Below are positions 16,225-28,351 of a stretch of DNA of 64,000 nt, one piece after another (the first letter of the stretch is position 1; every line of letters begins with the position of its first letter). Below the pieces are notes generated by a model. It was given only the letters and a program-made list of their open reading frames with translations, had not been told where the DNA came from and searched no databases. Position numbers and translations under genes: made by a program. Location of the stretch: assembly GCA_951804945.1 (NCBI GenBank), contig OX638154.1, forward strand, positions 47,802,001 through 47,866,000, written 5' to 3'. This DNA is from Podarcis cretensis (taxonomy: Eukaryota).

Positions 16225-17024
16225 CTGGGAAAATAAAAGAATAAAGTTTTTGAACAAGGTCTCCACAAGTTCATGCATACAACTTCAGCACAGAATAGAG
16301 CTGCCAGGAATTGGAACACTGAATTCCAAGGCTTCATTTCTCAATGCACACAACAATCAAGATAATCACCCTGCTTCTGCTTGAACTTCTGCAAAATGAA
16401 CAGGAAATTTGCTCTTATCGTGCATTTGCATCATACAAATTAAGTCTTTTGTAAAGAAAAGGGGCACGAAACAAGAGCAGAGTTTAATCATTTATAATAA
16501 AAAGGACGTACAAACAAACTGATTGCAGGATGAGCAACTTCTGGAAGGTATCAAGACCTGATTTAGATCAACCATCAAATATCTTACTGCCAGGTCAAGG
16601 TGTGTCTGTGGTGGGAAAGGGCTCACAGGAGATAGCTGGCAAAAACAGAGGCCACATCATCGCAGCCAATCTAATACCCAATCCATAATGCACAGCACAA
16701 CTGCATTTGTCACTGGGTGGAACAGTAGAATGTAAAAAGTGGAAAGGACTTCATTTCAAAATGACCTTTGAAACACTATAGAGAGCTTCTTAGACTATAA
16801 ACTACTTCCATTTCTATGAAAATGATCAGTCTCTTCAATTCTAACCAATCTGTCAGCTTAATAAACCTTTAGTTATTCTGTATATGCAAACAAAAAGCTG
16901 GATAAATTTAGGGAGGATATAGAAGGGAGTAGATCTGATGCATTTTAGTAAGGCCTTTCAAGAAAATTGCTCAAAGGCAATGTATTTCAAAAAAACTGAA
17001 ACACCTTACGATAGAATTCTGAGG

Positions 17025-17336
17025 CAAGGGTTCCTGTGAGCTTCATTCAGGTGGTCTTCAGAATGTCCACATTAAATTATTGATTTTAAACTGTATTGCT
17101 GCTTATTTTATTATATTTTACTGTATTATAATTTGAATTCCATAAAATGCAAATTGTAATACAAAAAATACAATATAAGAAATAAAAAAAACAATAAAAA
17201 TACAGCATCTACCACAGCACATTACCAATTATACAACAAACAGGAGTGAAACATGAAGCACCCCCCCCCTCAAGATCATCAGCAAACCTGAAGTAGTCCC
17301 CCAATATCATCTGGGTTGGGGGAAAAGGAACCACTG
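17025..17336. mobile_element. hAT-type MITE, related copy near 49023-49210
   Basis: TSD TTCTGAGG/TTCTAGGG; shares CCTGTGAGCTTCATTCAGGTGGTC with the 49040 copy. Confidence 0.55.
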
Positions 17337-18289
17337 TTCTAGGGTACCAGTCAAGCACACACAATCAAATGTACCTCACAGTTAGAACCATAGAATTGTA
17401 GAGTTGGAAGGGATCCCAAGGGTCATCTAGTATAACCCACTGCAATGCAGGAATGTTATTCCATGTGAACTGGCAGCATAACCTAACAAAGATTTCATAT
17501 GGCTGTATGTTATAGTAAAAGACTGGAAGCAGTGACAAGCTATTTCTATAACTGATCTTCTCATTGTTTAGCCTAATAAGCTTTCAACTACAACATCTAG
17601 AGAGACGTTGGTGGAGTTTCCCCACCAAGCGAAGGGAAACCAGAGAGGTGTGTTTTTCAGCAGTGGCTTCGCCTTCAAGGACCTATGTTCCAATTGGCAT
17701 TCAACAGAATGAAGAGAGGGGTGTTTGTTAAATATTTCAAATAAGGGAAAGCTAAATTGGAACAATGGTTTTATGCATTAAACATTTTTTTACGGAGCAC
17801 ATTTGACCACTACTTGTAGCAGGAAGTAGTTAATATATTTTACAGATAAATATAAAATACAATACTTAGAAGGGAATGAAATCCAGGAAGGAGTAAACTG
17901 TGTTTAGAGAGGCTGCTTTTGATTATAGTACACAGTAGAGCCAAGTGCATTTCGCAATAAAAACTGTTTATACTGGACACACTGAAATAAAAATAAAACA
18001 TAACACTAGAGAGAGAAAAACAACTTTCATTCCAGGAAAATGCTGCTACTAGTTTTCATCAAGCATCTGCAACATATGCCTTTCTTGAAATGCACAACAA
18101 GAGGATAGCATGGGCACTGAAAAATATCATCATACTAAAATATTTTAACGGCTTTTTGAGGACTTAAAAGTGTTATAAAAACTTTTAGCAGGATAAGATG
18201 ATCAGCGTATTTGTGGCATCCATTGTTTCTTAAATCTTGATATAAGGAAAATAGCATTACTTCCATTTTCATGAAGCTGGGATATTTAC

Positions 18290-18420
18290 CTCATTTCTCG
18301 TTCCTCATGCTGCGCAATCAGATTACTGTAGAAGTTTTCTAATGTCACCTTTGTCATTGTAACTCGCTCCTTGGTGTGGTTGCTCATAGATGAACAAGGT
18401 GCTGGGCCAGTCATCGCCAT
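18290..18420 (-). CDS. STK38: STK38 (NDR1 kinase) coding exon 1, start codon at 18420
   Basis: MAMTGPAPCSSMSNHTKERVTMTKVTLENFYSNLIAQHEEREMR; acceptor ccag|GAACC at 18425, donor AG|gtaaat; 131 coding nt. Confidence 0.97.
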
Positions 18421-19689
18421 GGTTCCTGGAAGAGAGAAATTAGAAAATATCTGTGATCCTAAACCTTGAAGCAAGAAATCTACACTACATGATGGCTTAA
18501 ATTTAAATAAAGCAGCCAGTTTAAAAATAAACAAAAGCTTTGCAAAACGCAATATGCCCAAACTGGAAGCTACAAGTGTAAAAGGCCACAATGTTGCAAA
18601 ACTTCCTGTTTTTCTACATAAGTTATGAACAAGGAGGAAAGAAATGTGATAACTATTAAGTCTCTGAATGACATTTGCAGGTTGCATTACAAATGTCTCT
18701 TATTACTTTCATCTCCAGTCAATTAAAATTCTACCAACATGTTTTAAACCAATAATAGTACGTATTTCCATGTAAAAGTATTTACAAACATAGCACAAGC
18801 TTCATTTATTTCCTTGGAACTTGCTTGTATTGAGTAAGAGTCAATATCTGCAGGGCTGTCAACAAAGAGTGAGCAAATTTGTTTCTGTTGCTCTAGAGCC
18901 TAGGGAAAGGGAATATTGATTACACTTTGGAAAGAATGTCCTGACCATATGAACTGCTAGACAGTGGAACAGGCTGCCACACAAGGTAAAGAACTGTTGG
19001 AGGTTTCTAAGGACAAGATGGATGGCCACCTAGTTATTGTAGATAACTAGAGTAGCAGATAATATACCTAAGTAAAGTGGACTAGATGGTTTTTAAACCT
19101 TCCAACTAAGATTCTAATCAGTAATTTTCAGTTCAAATTTACTTGGAGATAAGTCCCAGTGATTTCAATGGAGCTTACCTCCAAGCAAGTGTTCATAGAC
19201 TACAGCCCAAGCAGTATTTTTCCTTGTATGACAGCAGAAACAAAGGTTTCTGTTCCTATTTTCTTCACAGTGTAACTAGCCGACCTAGAACCAATTAGCT
19301 CTTACACATTTGCTTTAGTTAACAATTGTAACTGCTTTTAAAATCTTCCCAATTTCATCAGAACTTCTAACCAAACAAAGGTTATATAAAATAATTATTT
19401 GAACTAATTAGAGTATTTTGCTCGCATGGCTCTTTGAATGCAATCATTTTACGGTGCACTCCCTTCCAAGAAAAGCTGTACATAATATAAATTATCTCTC
19501 TTTGTCATACTAGGCAACTGCAGCTCCTTTTTGCCAGTTGAAATTTCCCATTTAAAAATTATCATCATCCCCAAGGACCAGAGTGTCACTATGGCCCATC
19601 TGCAGTGTACCTAGCCTCTCATGCCAGTTACAGGATCATGCCACATGATACAGCCATGGCGTCCCACAAAGTTTGTTATGGGTACCTAG

Positions 19690-20030
19690 GGCTGTTAGGC
19701 AGACCCCCGTTTCTCTTAAGGAGCTACAGTTTTCAGGATCTCTGGGAATTGTAGCTCTGTGCAGGGAATAGGGGTATCCTAACAACTCTTACCATGCTTA
19801 ACAAACCACAATTGCCAGGATGCTTTTGGGGGGAAACCACAGATGTTTTAAAGTGGCATGGTACAGCTTTAAATGTACAGCACAGGTGGGGCCTACTAGA
19901 ATTCAAAGCAAAGCCTTCCCCTATGCATCCAAAGCACATTTCCCCCCAAAGAATCCTGGCAACTGCAACTTACCCCTCCCAAAGCTGCAAATTCCCAGCA
20001 CCCTTAACAAAATATAGTTCCCAGAGCTTT
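19690..20030. mobile_element. Palindromic DNA-transposon-derived repeat
   Basis: GGGAATTGTAGCTCTG motif with an inverted copy (CAAATTCCCAG); boundaries approximate. Confidence 0.5.
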
Positions 20031-20299
20031 GGAGGCGGGAAGGGGCAAGAATTGTGCTTTTTACATGTAGGGCTTATACAATGTCTTAGAATCCCAGGAG
20101 ACTTAAGCTGCTCCACTCCTAGGCACATTTACTCGGGAGCAATTCCCTCTCCTCAAGTCAGCAAAAGCCTCACTCGCCAGCAAAAACGACAAGGAGAAGA
20201 TGAAGAAGGAAAAAGGAGCACGAGGTCCATTTTCCACAGAAGAAGTTTGCGAGGGGGAAGAGGCGAGCAGGTGTAAACAGAGGAAGGAAAGGCAGAGCC

Positions 20300-21300
20300 A
20301 GGCGTCACGCTAAAAACCTAACAGGAATCTATGTGGTCAAGAAGCAGAAAATGGGGGGTTTTTTTAGAGGGGGGAGGCAGGAGACTCAAGAGGAGGAAGA
20401 AGAGGAGGAGGAGGAGGAGGACGGGGCAACTTGAGGCGTCTCCCCTCCCCTCTGTGGATGCTACAAAAGTACCTACCTGGCAAGAGGGGGCGGGACAGGA
20501 TGGCGCCCCGGGAGGCAGCTCAGCCTGAGGGGGGAGGAATAACTTTTGGGTGGGGGGGTTAAGAGCAAACACCGGAGGAAGAGACGCTTACCGGACCCCC
20601 TTCTGGGAGCAGCGCCGAGGAGCCCCCGCCGTCCAATGCCTTCCCAGCCGACCAACACGGGAGAGAGACGGGGAGAAGCAGTTCCCAGAGGCCGAGCCCC
20701 GCCCCTTGCTCCCCGCTCAGCCGCCCCCACCCCAAAGGAAAGCTGGAGCCCGCGACCGGACAAGCGCCGACTGGAAACTCTGGCACAGCCCGCATGCGCA
20801 GAAGAGCTCTTTCTCTCTCTCCCGGCCGCGGCGCCGCCCTCTTCAAGGGGCGAGGCTCGCCTGATGGCCCGCTCCCCGCCCGCAGCCCCAGGAGGCGGGG
20901 CGCCGACGCACTTTTGCCTAGCCTCCGGCGCTGCGCATGCGCCGGCTGCCGCTCTAGCGCCTCGGCGAGCGGGCTGGGAAGTTCGTGCTGCTGTGCGCCG
21001 CTCCTTCGGCGTATGAGGAAGTCGGCAACTGTTTCCCGGGCGGCGCAAGGTGGCGGCCTCCTCCTCCGCCTCGCCCTCCGCTTGCTTACGCGGAAGTAAA
21101 CGCGGCACGACGGGCGTTTGCTCCCCACGTTAGGGGAGGTGAAGGGGAGGGTTGCGGGGTTTTAGCGGCTTTGCTGGGAAGTATGTTGGCTTCCGCGCTT
21201 AGGATCGCACTGCGCGGGTGTTTTGGACGGTCACCATCGAGCCTGGGTTTACGCACGTTTATTCAGAAGAAAAAAATCTCTGTTTTTAGGACACTCCGCC
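20300..21300 (-). promoter_or_regulatory. STK38: STK38 CpG-island promoter and non-coding first exon(s)
   Basis: Dense CpG; NRF1 sites CGCATGCGCA 20791-20800 and TGCGCATGCGC 20932-20942; ETS CGGAAGT 21091-21097; candidate minus-strand donors CCG|gtaagc (exon end 20592), CAG|gtaggt (20477) and CGC|gtaagc (21090). Confidence 0.85.
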
Positions 21301-23540
21301 CACAGAGCTCCCAGTTAGGATGAATCGACGCCTTCATATGTGGAAAGCAAGTCAGGAAGGTTCGTTGGTTCCTCAGGGTGTTTTTCCACAATCCCAAATC
21401 CACATAAAGATTGTATTAATTTCAAAAGATCCGAGTTCTTATGCTGTGTTTCAAGAGACAGGAACACGCCTTGTTCCTGATCGTTGTACAGTTCTTCCAT
21501 TTGGCTTTCCCCTGCTTTTCCAGACATTGGAACTGCACAAATAGGGAAATAGTGATGCTCACTAGTTTTATCAGATCACACCAAAAACGTTTGCTTTTAT
21601 TGCTTGTATTGTGGCACTGTAAAAACACCATATGCCAGGTTTATTTGGCATACACCTTGTGGACTAGAGCCCACTTTGTCAGACACCTATGCCAAAATAA
21701 ATCTGTACGTAAAGTGCCAAAGGACTTGTTTTTCCTGCAAGAGGCTAGCCTGGCCACCTCTGTTGAATTTTTAAAAAACAAGAAGTTCTTTAAAACCATT
21801 TCCAGAAGAACAAAGGGCAGTATTTTACTTCAGCTCTCCCTTTGTCCTGATGATCTACTGAGACAGACACTTGAGGGAAGGACTCTAGACAATGGATGGA
21901 TTTATGCAACTAATAGAAGACTGGATATGTGCCATAAGCCGTACTCTGTGTCTACTAACCCTATGAAGAACCTCTGGTCCCTACTCGTTAATATCCATGA
22001 ATTGAGAAAGTTGATGCCCTAAAGACGAAATTTTGAAATAAGCAACCATCGCTTTGTGGTTAAGCTGAGGTGTGTATATTTGAGACTGCCCGTTGCACAT
22101 GCACAGTTGACAGCTTCAAGAATAGAAGTTGCGGGAAGCTGCAGGCATGGGAAAACCAAACGGGTACGGTCATATACATAGAGTGAAGACACCCCTGCCC
22201 CTTCTCGGATGTAAATGTGACTTGAAGGGGAGTGGGAAGAACAAATTTGCTGTGTTTTAAGCTGCTAATATGTATATAGCCTCTCATGAAAATTCCATTT
22301 CTACTTTTAAATCCACTTACAGGATAATATTATAACTCAGATGAACAGTGACAGCAAATTGTACATAGCTGTGGAAGTCCCTGTTGTTGCCAACATAGCT
22401 ATCCAGTGTTTTTTTCATTTTAATGGCATTTAATATCTTTTCCATTTTATTCAAAAATGCATAGCTATTAGCAAAATATAACCTTGCTTTATTTTATTTA
22501 GATTTCCAGCATTAATGATGTACAACATTTTGATAAATTTCATGCAAAAAACATGTATCTTAATGCGTTCTATAACACTGAGGATGGACAGTTTGTTTAA
22601 AATGGATCACTGTAAAATATGATCTATCAACATTGTATCATTATCAAAATATTATTTTAAGACAGCTTAAGCATTATATTTAAAGTAACTGAGACCTTGA
22701 ATATTTTCGGTGACCCGAATAAGAAAGCTATAGCAATACTACATATGTATTTTAGCATTTGTACATATTGTTTAACATATTATTATTAAATATGAAGGAC
22801 AAAATGTGTTCTTGCCATTTATTACTCCTTTGGAATGCACAAAGGTGGCTTTGTATAACATCTCAGCCCTGCACTTGTTGGCTTGGGAATATTCAATGGG
22901 ACTTATTTGCTAATAATTGTACTGTATTTAGAATTCTGCATTCAGAATTTTGTATGTTTCCCCAAACTAATTTAGATCTGAAATATGGCATTAGAAACTA
23001 GGAAACCAGTCTCCTTGCTCATGACAAAAATGGTATGCGAAGGCCAGATCCAGCCTCTACTTATGATAGCCTTCAGAGATTTTCCAGGGGGAAGTTGAGA
23101 TATAAAATACAAATGTATTTGCAAAAGAAAAAAACAAGCAAGCAAGAAAAAACAAACTTGTCCCACATTAAGTAATAAGACGCTCAGGCAGAGTCCCCCA
23201 AAACAAAATCTGCATGGTGGTTTAGTATCTGGTGCCTGGACAACCAAAATCTAACCAGTCTGCGATCTGCTCATGGCCAAACATTGATTATACACTGAAT
23301 GTCAGTGGTGTACAACATAACTTCATGTTGTGCATCAGTATGAGCCCATTTTAAATTGTTACATTCACCATCTGAGTAATATGGTTTCTATGTTGTATTC
23401 AGGTAGAGTAAATTAACAGCACTGTCTCTGAAAGTTGACCCTATAATTACCCACTTTCCTAGGATTGGGAGAAACCTGGATGCAGAGCTATTTAGAGACT
23501 TCCCGGGGAGCTGTATTTAACCCGCTCTTAATGCCAGTTA

Positions 23541-23895
23541 GGACGCAGGTGGCGCTGTGGGTAAAAGCCTCAGCGCCTAGGGCTTACTGATCGAAAGGTT
23601 GGCGGTTCGAATCCCTGCGGCGGGGTGCGCTCCCGTCGTTCGGTCCCAGCGCCTGCCAACCTAGCAGTTCGAAAGCACCCTCGGGTGCAAGTAGATAAAT
23701 AGGGACCGCTTACCAGCGGGAAGGTAAACGGCGTTTCCGTGTGCGGCTCTGGCTCGCCAGAGCAGCGATGTCACGCTGGCCACGTGACCCGGAAGTGTCT
23801 CCGGACAGCGCTGACCCCTGGCCTCTTAAGTGAGATGGGCGCAAAACCCCAGAGTCTGTCAAGACTGGCCCGTACGGGCAGGGGTACCTTTACCT
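23541..23895 (+). mobile_element. Full-length young Sauria SINE
   Basis: tRNA-derived head (GGTGGCGCTGTGG, GGTTCGAATCC), ACCTTT tail, 13-bp TSD TTAATGCCAGTTA. Confidence 0.95.
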
Positions 23896-24011
23896 TTAAT
23901 GCCAGTTACGTTACCAACCCTTGTGTGGAGCCTAACAGAACAATCAACATTTAGTTCTCACACATCACATTGTTTTAGGTTTAAGGTACGCAATCTGCAC
24001 CTCTTATCTAT

Positions 24012-24146
24012 CATTGAATTGTAGAGTTGAAAGAGACCATGAGGGTCATCTAGTCTAACCCCCTGCAATGCAGGAATATTTTGCCCAATGTGGGGCTCGA
24101 ACCCACGACCCTGAGATTAAGAGTCTGATGCCCTCTGGACTGAGCC
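24012..24146 (-). mobile_element. tRNA-Lys(CTT)-derived SINE with CR1-like tail
   Basis: Reverse complement of a tRNA-Lys body (CTCTTAATCTCAGGGTCGTGGGTTCGAGCCCC) plus GGGGTTAGACTAGATGACC tail; tail-only fragments near 11520 and 17385. Confidence 0.8.
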
Positions 24147-24695
24147 CAATAGACTTTGGAACTTTTCTGACAAAACCTTTTCATCCCTCTGGAAAGTGGG
24201 AACTCTCAGCATACTTCTTCCAGAGGTATGTAGTATCTGAAATATTTTGTTCAAGCAGCTAACCAGTTACTTGCAATGGTTGCTTTCAATTCCACATCTT
24301 CAGAGTTGCAGCAGAATGTTTTTACATTTGAAAATATGTATATTTGGGCTTTTCTACTAAATGTTCTAATCAGCTAGCTGTGGGTGATAGGCTGAGGCAT
24401 TATTCTGGATGACTTGATTCCTTTTGAAAACCTTGAGTAGGTCAGAATTGCTGCAGCCTGATCCAATGCATGTTTACTCAAAAGTAAGTCCCATGGTGTT
24501 CAATGGGTCTTATTCTTGTTTGCCTAAGATTCCAATCTTACTGTAAGACATATTCTTTCTGCAGTAAGGAGACTATATTAATATGCTCAAAGAACCAGGG
24601 GTGCATATTTAGAAGTATGCATTTTTACATGAAAAAAATGTATTATAGAGCATTTGAATTTGCTTTCCAGCCTAGGTGTTTTCTCAGCCATGTGC

Positions 24696-24701
24696 TTTAT
24701 T
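24696..24701 (-). terminator. Candidate PTH4 polyadenylation signal
   Basis: First minus-strand AATAAA I found, about 460 nt downstream of the stop codon. Confidence 0.45.
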
Positions 24702-25157
24702 ATAACTTAAACCCACATTGCTAAAGGGGAACAGTAGAAAACAGGCACAAAAGACCTCAAGTAATTATATGGGTGGTGGAAGCAGGAAAGGAGCATAAGG
24801 GACAAAGTGTGAATACTTTCCACATACCCCAGCAGAATCTGCATGCACAAATACCTCAATAATATTGTTCAACAAATGCAAAGGAGTGAAGCAGCAATAA
24901 TAATATATAGCCCCTGGCAATATTGCTAACAGTTATAAAATATTTGTCTAGAAGGGAAAATTTTAACCCCTGCACATTCCTGTTTAATAATCGGAATAAG
25001 GGGGAAATGTTCTGACCTTTCAACAATGCCAGATTACAATACTACAAAGGAGTAGTAAATGGCACAAACACACATTTTCTTTGTTAATCAACTTTTCTTT
25101 TGATCTCCCTCAGTGTATCAAGTAGCAGATGGACTGCAATAGGTTCGGTCAGGAAAT

Positions 25158-25548
25158 CTATGTCTGGGTGCTGAGATTTCTTTTGCCATCTTGATCTCCA
25201 CCTTGAAATATGTCAGAAAGATCTTGCCGGTCCTGATTGCCCTTTACATTCTTTAGATACTGCAACACATTTGTTTTCCTGAGGACAGCAACAGGCTCTT
25301 CCTTCTCCATCAATCCCATCAGCAGTTGCTTCATCATTTCTAGAGACTCTTCTCTGCCAGTTCCATCAGAGAGATCGGAGAGGTCTTGGTTCTTTGGGGA
25401 GGTCCACACAATGTGTGCCTGCGGGATGTCCCTGCCCACGGCTGTGTGCACTCCTCCCATGACTTGGTGGAGCCAAATCAGTCGGTTTAACTCTTCACGG
25501 AGATTTCCTTTGTTATGCAAGAACTGGAATTCTGCCACTCCTCTCTTA
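25158..25548 (-). CDS. PTH4: PTH-family hormone (PTH4/PTH-L) mature-peptide exon
   Basis: catttcag|T AAG AGA gives T-KR-GVAEFQFLHNKGNLREELNRLIWLHQVMGGVHTA-VGR...GKRNLSTQT*; PTH/PTHrP 1-34 pattern (V2, E4, Q6, H9, G12, R20, W23, L24, HTA 32-34); 89+391 = 480 nt = 159 aa. Confidence 0.9.
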
Positions 25549-26076
25549 CTGAAATGTGAAAAAGCCAGTACTGTGCTTGAGAAGCAGAAACACATTCACA
25601 ACAAAGCAAGAAAACATTTCAAGTATATTAGTTAAAGATGAGGAAACCAAGATCACTAAGGGATTGTCTCCAACCTTGTTGAACTATCTGGTGCCATCTA
25701 ACTGCTTGCAAAAATAGTGTATGGTATTCCTGGGGTCTGAACCAGTGCTGACCACTTCAGATGTTTGACATCTGCATTCATTATTTTCTTTGTAGAATTG
25801 GACCGATGCAAAGTTGACAGTCCCCCAAGCCATGCAAGTCATTGTCCCACAGCTCCTCATCTGCCTTTATTTGTAATTCTTTAAGGCTGGAATCCTACAA
25901 AGACTACCTCAGAATAAGTTCCACTGAACTCAGTAGGGCTTACTTCTAAGTAGGCATATATAGGATTGGACTGTAAGGCTACAGTTCTATGCATGCTTGT
26001 TTTGGAATATGTTCCACTGAATTCAATGGAATCTGATTTTTTCATGTCTGAATTTGCACTGGTGTTTCTTATTTGC

Positions 26077-26437
26077 TGGGACGCAGGTGGCGCTGTGGGT
26101 TAAAGCCTCAGCGCCTAGGGCTTGCCGATCGAAAGGTCGGCGGTTCGAATCCCTGCGGCGGGGTGCGCTCCCGCTGCTCGGTACCAGCGCCTGCCAACCT
26201 AGCAGTTCGAAAGCACCTCCGGGTGCAAGTAGATAAATAGGGACCGCTTACCAGCGGGAAGGTAAACGGCGTTTCCGTGTGCGGCTCTGGCTTGCCAGAG
26301 CAGCGATGTCACGCTGGCCACGTGACCCGGAAGTGTCTCCGGACAGCGCTGGCCCCTGGCCTCTTAAGTGAGATGGGCGCACAACCCCAGAGTCTGTCAA
26401 GACTGGCCCGTACGGGCAGGGGTACCTTTACCTTTAC
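26077..26437 (+). mobile_element. Full-length young Sauria SINE in the PTH4 intron
   Basis: Near-identical to the 23541 copy; 12-bp TSD TTTCTTATTTGC. Confidence 0.95.
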
Positions 26438-27105
26438 TTTCTTATTTGCCTACCTCTTGCTAAGAAATCTTTTCATGGCTACTGTCTAGCAAATATTATA
26501 TGAGTTTTCAGTGTTGGACTTTGAGTTTTGTTTCAAACTGGGAAACCTAAAATTCAGTAAAGATTAGCCACTGACAGATGCACAACTAACTTTAACCTAA
26601 TATATGAAAAGACAGATTACTGTACAAGCATATTAGCATTGTCGCTGTTCACATGGCTGTTTCAGGTTCTTGCATTATAGTTTCTATCCAGTGACTTTTT
26701 TGTAGTGTAAAATGAAGGTGGCATAGCTAGCTTTTATTTACAAAACCTGTCTGTTCATTATAGTACCATGGACCAAAGAGAGCCCACTGAGGGCCATACT
26801 TGGGGAAAACTCCTATCCAGTTGTGGACAGCATGAATGGGGATAGTGCCTGACCTCCCAACATCTGTGTTTGAGGGGTAGAGTGGCATAGAGGTCAGTGC
26901 AGTGCAAACACACCACCAAATGCATCGGATTGGCTCTGCCAATGCATTTGAACCATGCCGACCTCCCCACTGCCTCACCTCTCTCCTGCCTGAAACCTTG
27001 GAGAGTGGTTAGGGCTTCGCTGGACGGACCAATGGTCTGATTCATTATAAATATGTTCCTGTGTCCTATGTTAGACATGATGATGGCAGTCACATTTCTT
27101 TATTA

Positions 27106-27322
27106 CAGTGGTACCTCAGGTTACAGACGCTTCAGGTTACAGATGCTCCAGGTTACAGCCTCCACTAACCCAGAAGTAGTACTTCAGGTTAAGAACTTTA
27201 CCTCAGGATGAGAACAGAAATTGCATGCTGATGGCAGCGGGAGGTCCCATTAGCTAAAGTGGTACTTCAGGTTAAGAACGGACCTGTGGAACGAATTAAA
27301 TTCATAACCAGAGGTACCTCTG
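27106..27322. mobile_element. Tc1/mariner (Tigger-like) MITE
   Basis: TIR CAGTGGTACCTC, TA target duplication. Confidence 0.85.
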
Positions 27323-28262
27323 TATTTGTGTGTGTGCTCCATCTTTGTAATAAAGTGGTGGTGTACTCCCTGCTCCATAAACTGGGTTAGGAGAAAAGGG
27401 ACTGGACTGACGGAGTGCAGGGGGTAAAAAAAGGGGGTCATATTTCCTGATCCATGCACCCATTTTCATGTCAAGACTACCACATACCTTGGCCTGTTTC
27501 AGACATAATAGGAAACCATGATTCCATAATGGGAAACTCCATAATGGGAAGCTCCATGAAAGAGCCTGTATGAGTCTCAAGTTTCTATGCATCTCTCTCC
27601 CATGGCCACAAGGATATTGGAAGCTTCCATTTTTAAACAAGCCGCAGTTCCTCTTTATGCCCAGGCTGGAGAGATTGTAGCAAGAGGTACTAACCTTATG
27701 ACCAGCAGACCATGTGAGCCTGAGGTTCATGTGGGTTCACTCATGTGGTGAGCAACTGGTTTCCCATTATGTCTAAACCAGGCTAATATATGTGAACAGG
27801 ACAGACATGTGAATAACACATGTAGCTGTCTTCATTGTTTCTTATTTTGCTATGGATTTGTGCTTTGACGTGTTAAAAGAGGTAGCTCTCTCACCCTTAT
27901 CATCACTATCTAGGAATGAACAGAAGATCACTTTATGGTTTACGGAACCATCTTGGAAAGTTCTAACAACAAGAAGACTTTGCCCTTTCCCTTAGCTATC
28001 TTGTGACTTTCACTACAGGATAATCTTGTTTTTAAAAGCAGCTTCCAAATGTATCATATTTTAAAGAAAAATCATTTTAAAAATTACAAACGATGCTAAA
28101 CATATGTTTGCACAGTGATCTCCTTCAGAAAAATACATTATATTGTAAAGCATTACTGCAATGTTATCATTTTGCATCCAAAAGTCAACACAGTAAAAAA
28201 AACAACCCAAAAACCCACCCAAAAGAAAGCTTATCAAAAATTTAACTAAAAAATATTCTTAC

Positions 28263-28351
28263 GTTTCTGTTTCTTGACATGTTGCAAACCAAACAAGAAA
28301 AAAAATGGACAAAAATGTTACCATCTGTAGATATCTTTGGGACAAAAGCAT
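28263..28351 (-). CDS. PTH4: PTH-family hormone (PTH4/PTH-L) prepro exon: signal peptide and propeptide
   Basis: tttacag|GACAGAAG ATG; MLLSQRYLQMVTFLSIFFLVWFATCQETE + AC|gtaaga; 89 nt, phase 2; hydrophobic signal core. Confidence 0.88.

Noticed and set aside
20318-21323. Long overlapping ORFs (up to 211 aa) in the STK38 CpG island
   Set aside because: Low-complexity Arg/Ala/Gly/Pro translations caused by stop-codon scarcity in GC-rich DNA; no recognisable domain.
21441-22022. 193-aa plus-strand ORF next to the STK38 promoter
   Set aside because: No recognisable homology or clear exon boundaries; treated as a chance ORF, although this was not tested by a search.
23739-23954. Repeated peptide MCGSG..EQRCHAGHVTRKCLRTAL (also at 26277 and 7712)
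   Set aside because: Translation of Sauria SINE copies, not a gene family.
26727-27093. Minus-strand ORFs in the PTH4 intron as extra coding exons
   Set aside because: They overlap a LINE 3'-tail-like repeat (GGACCAATGGTCTGA...TTCCTGTGTCCTATG), and the two-exon PTH4 CDS is already complete and in frame.
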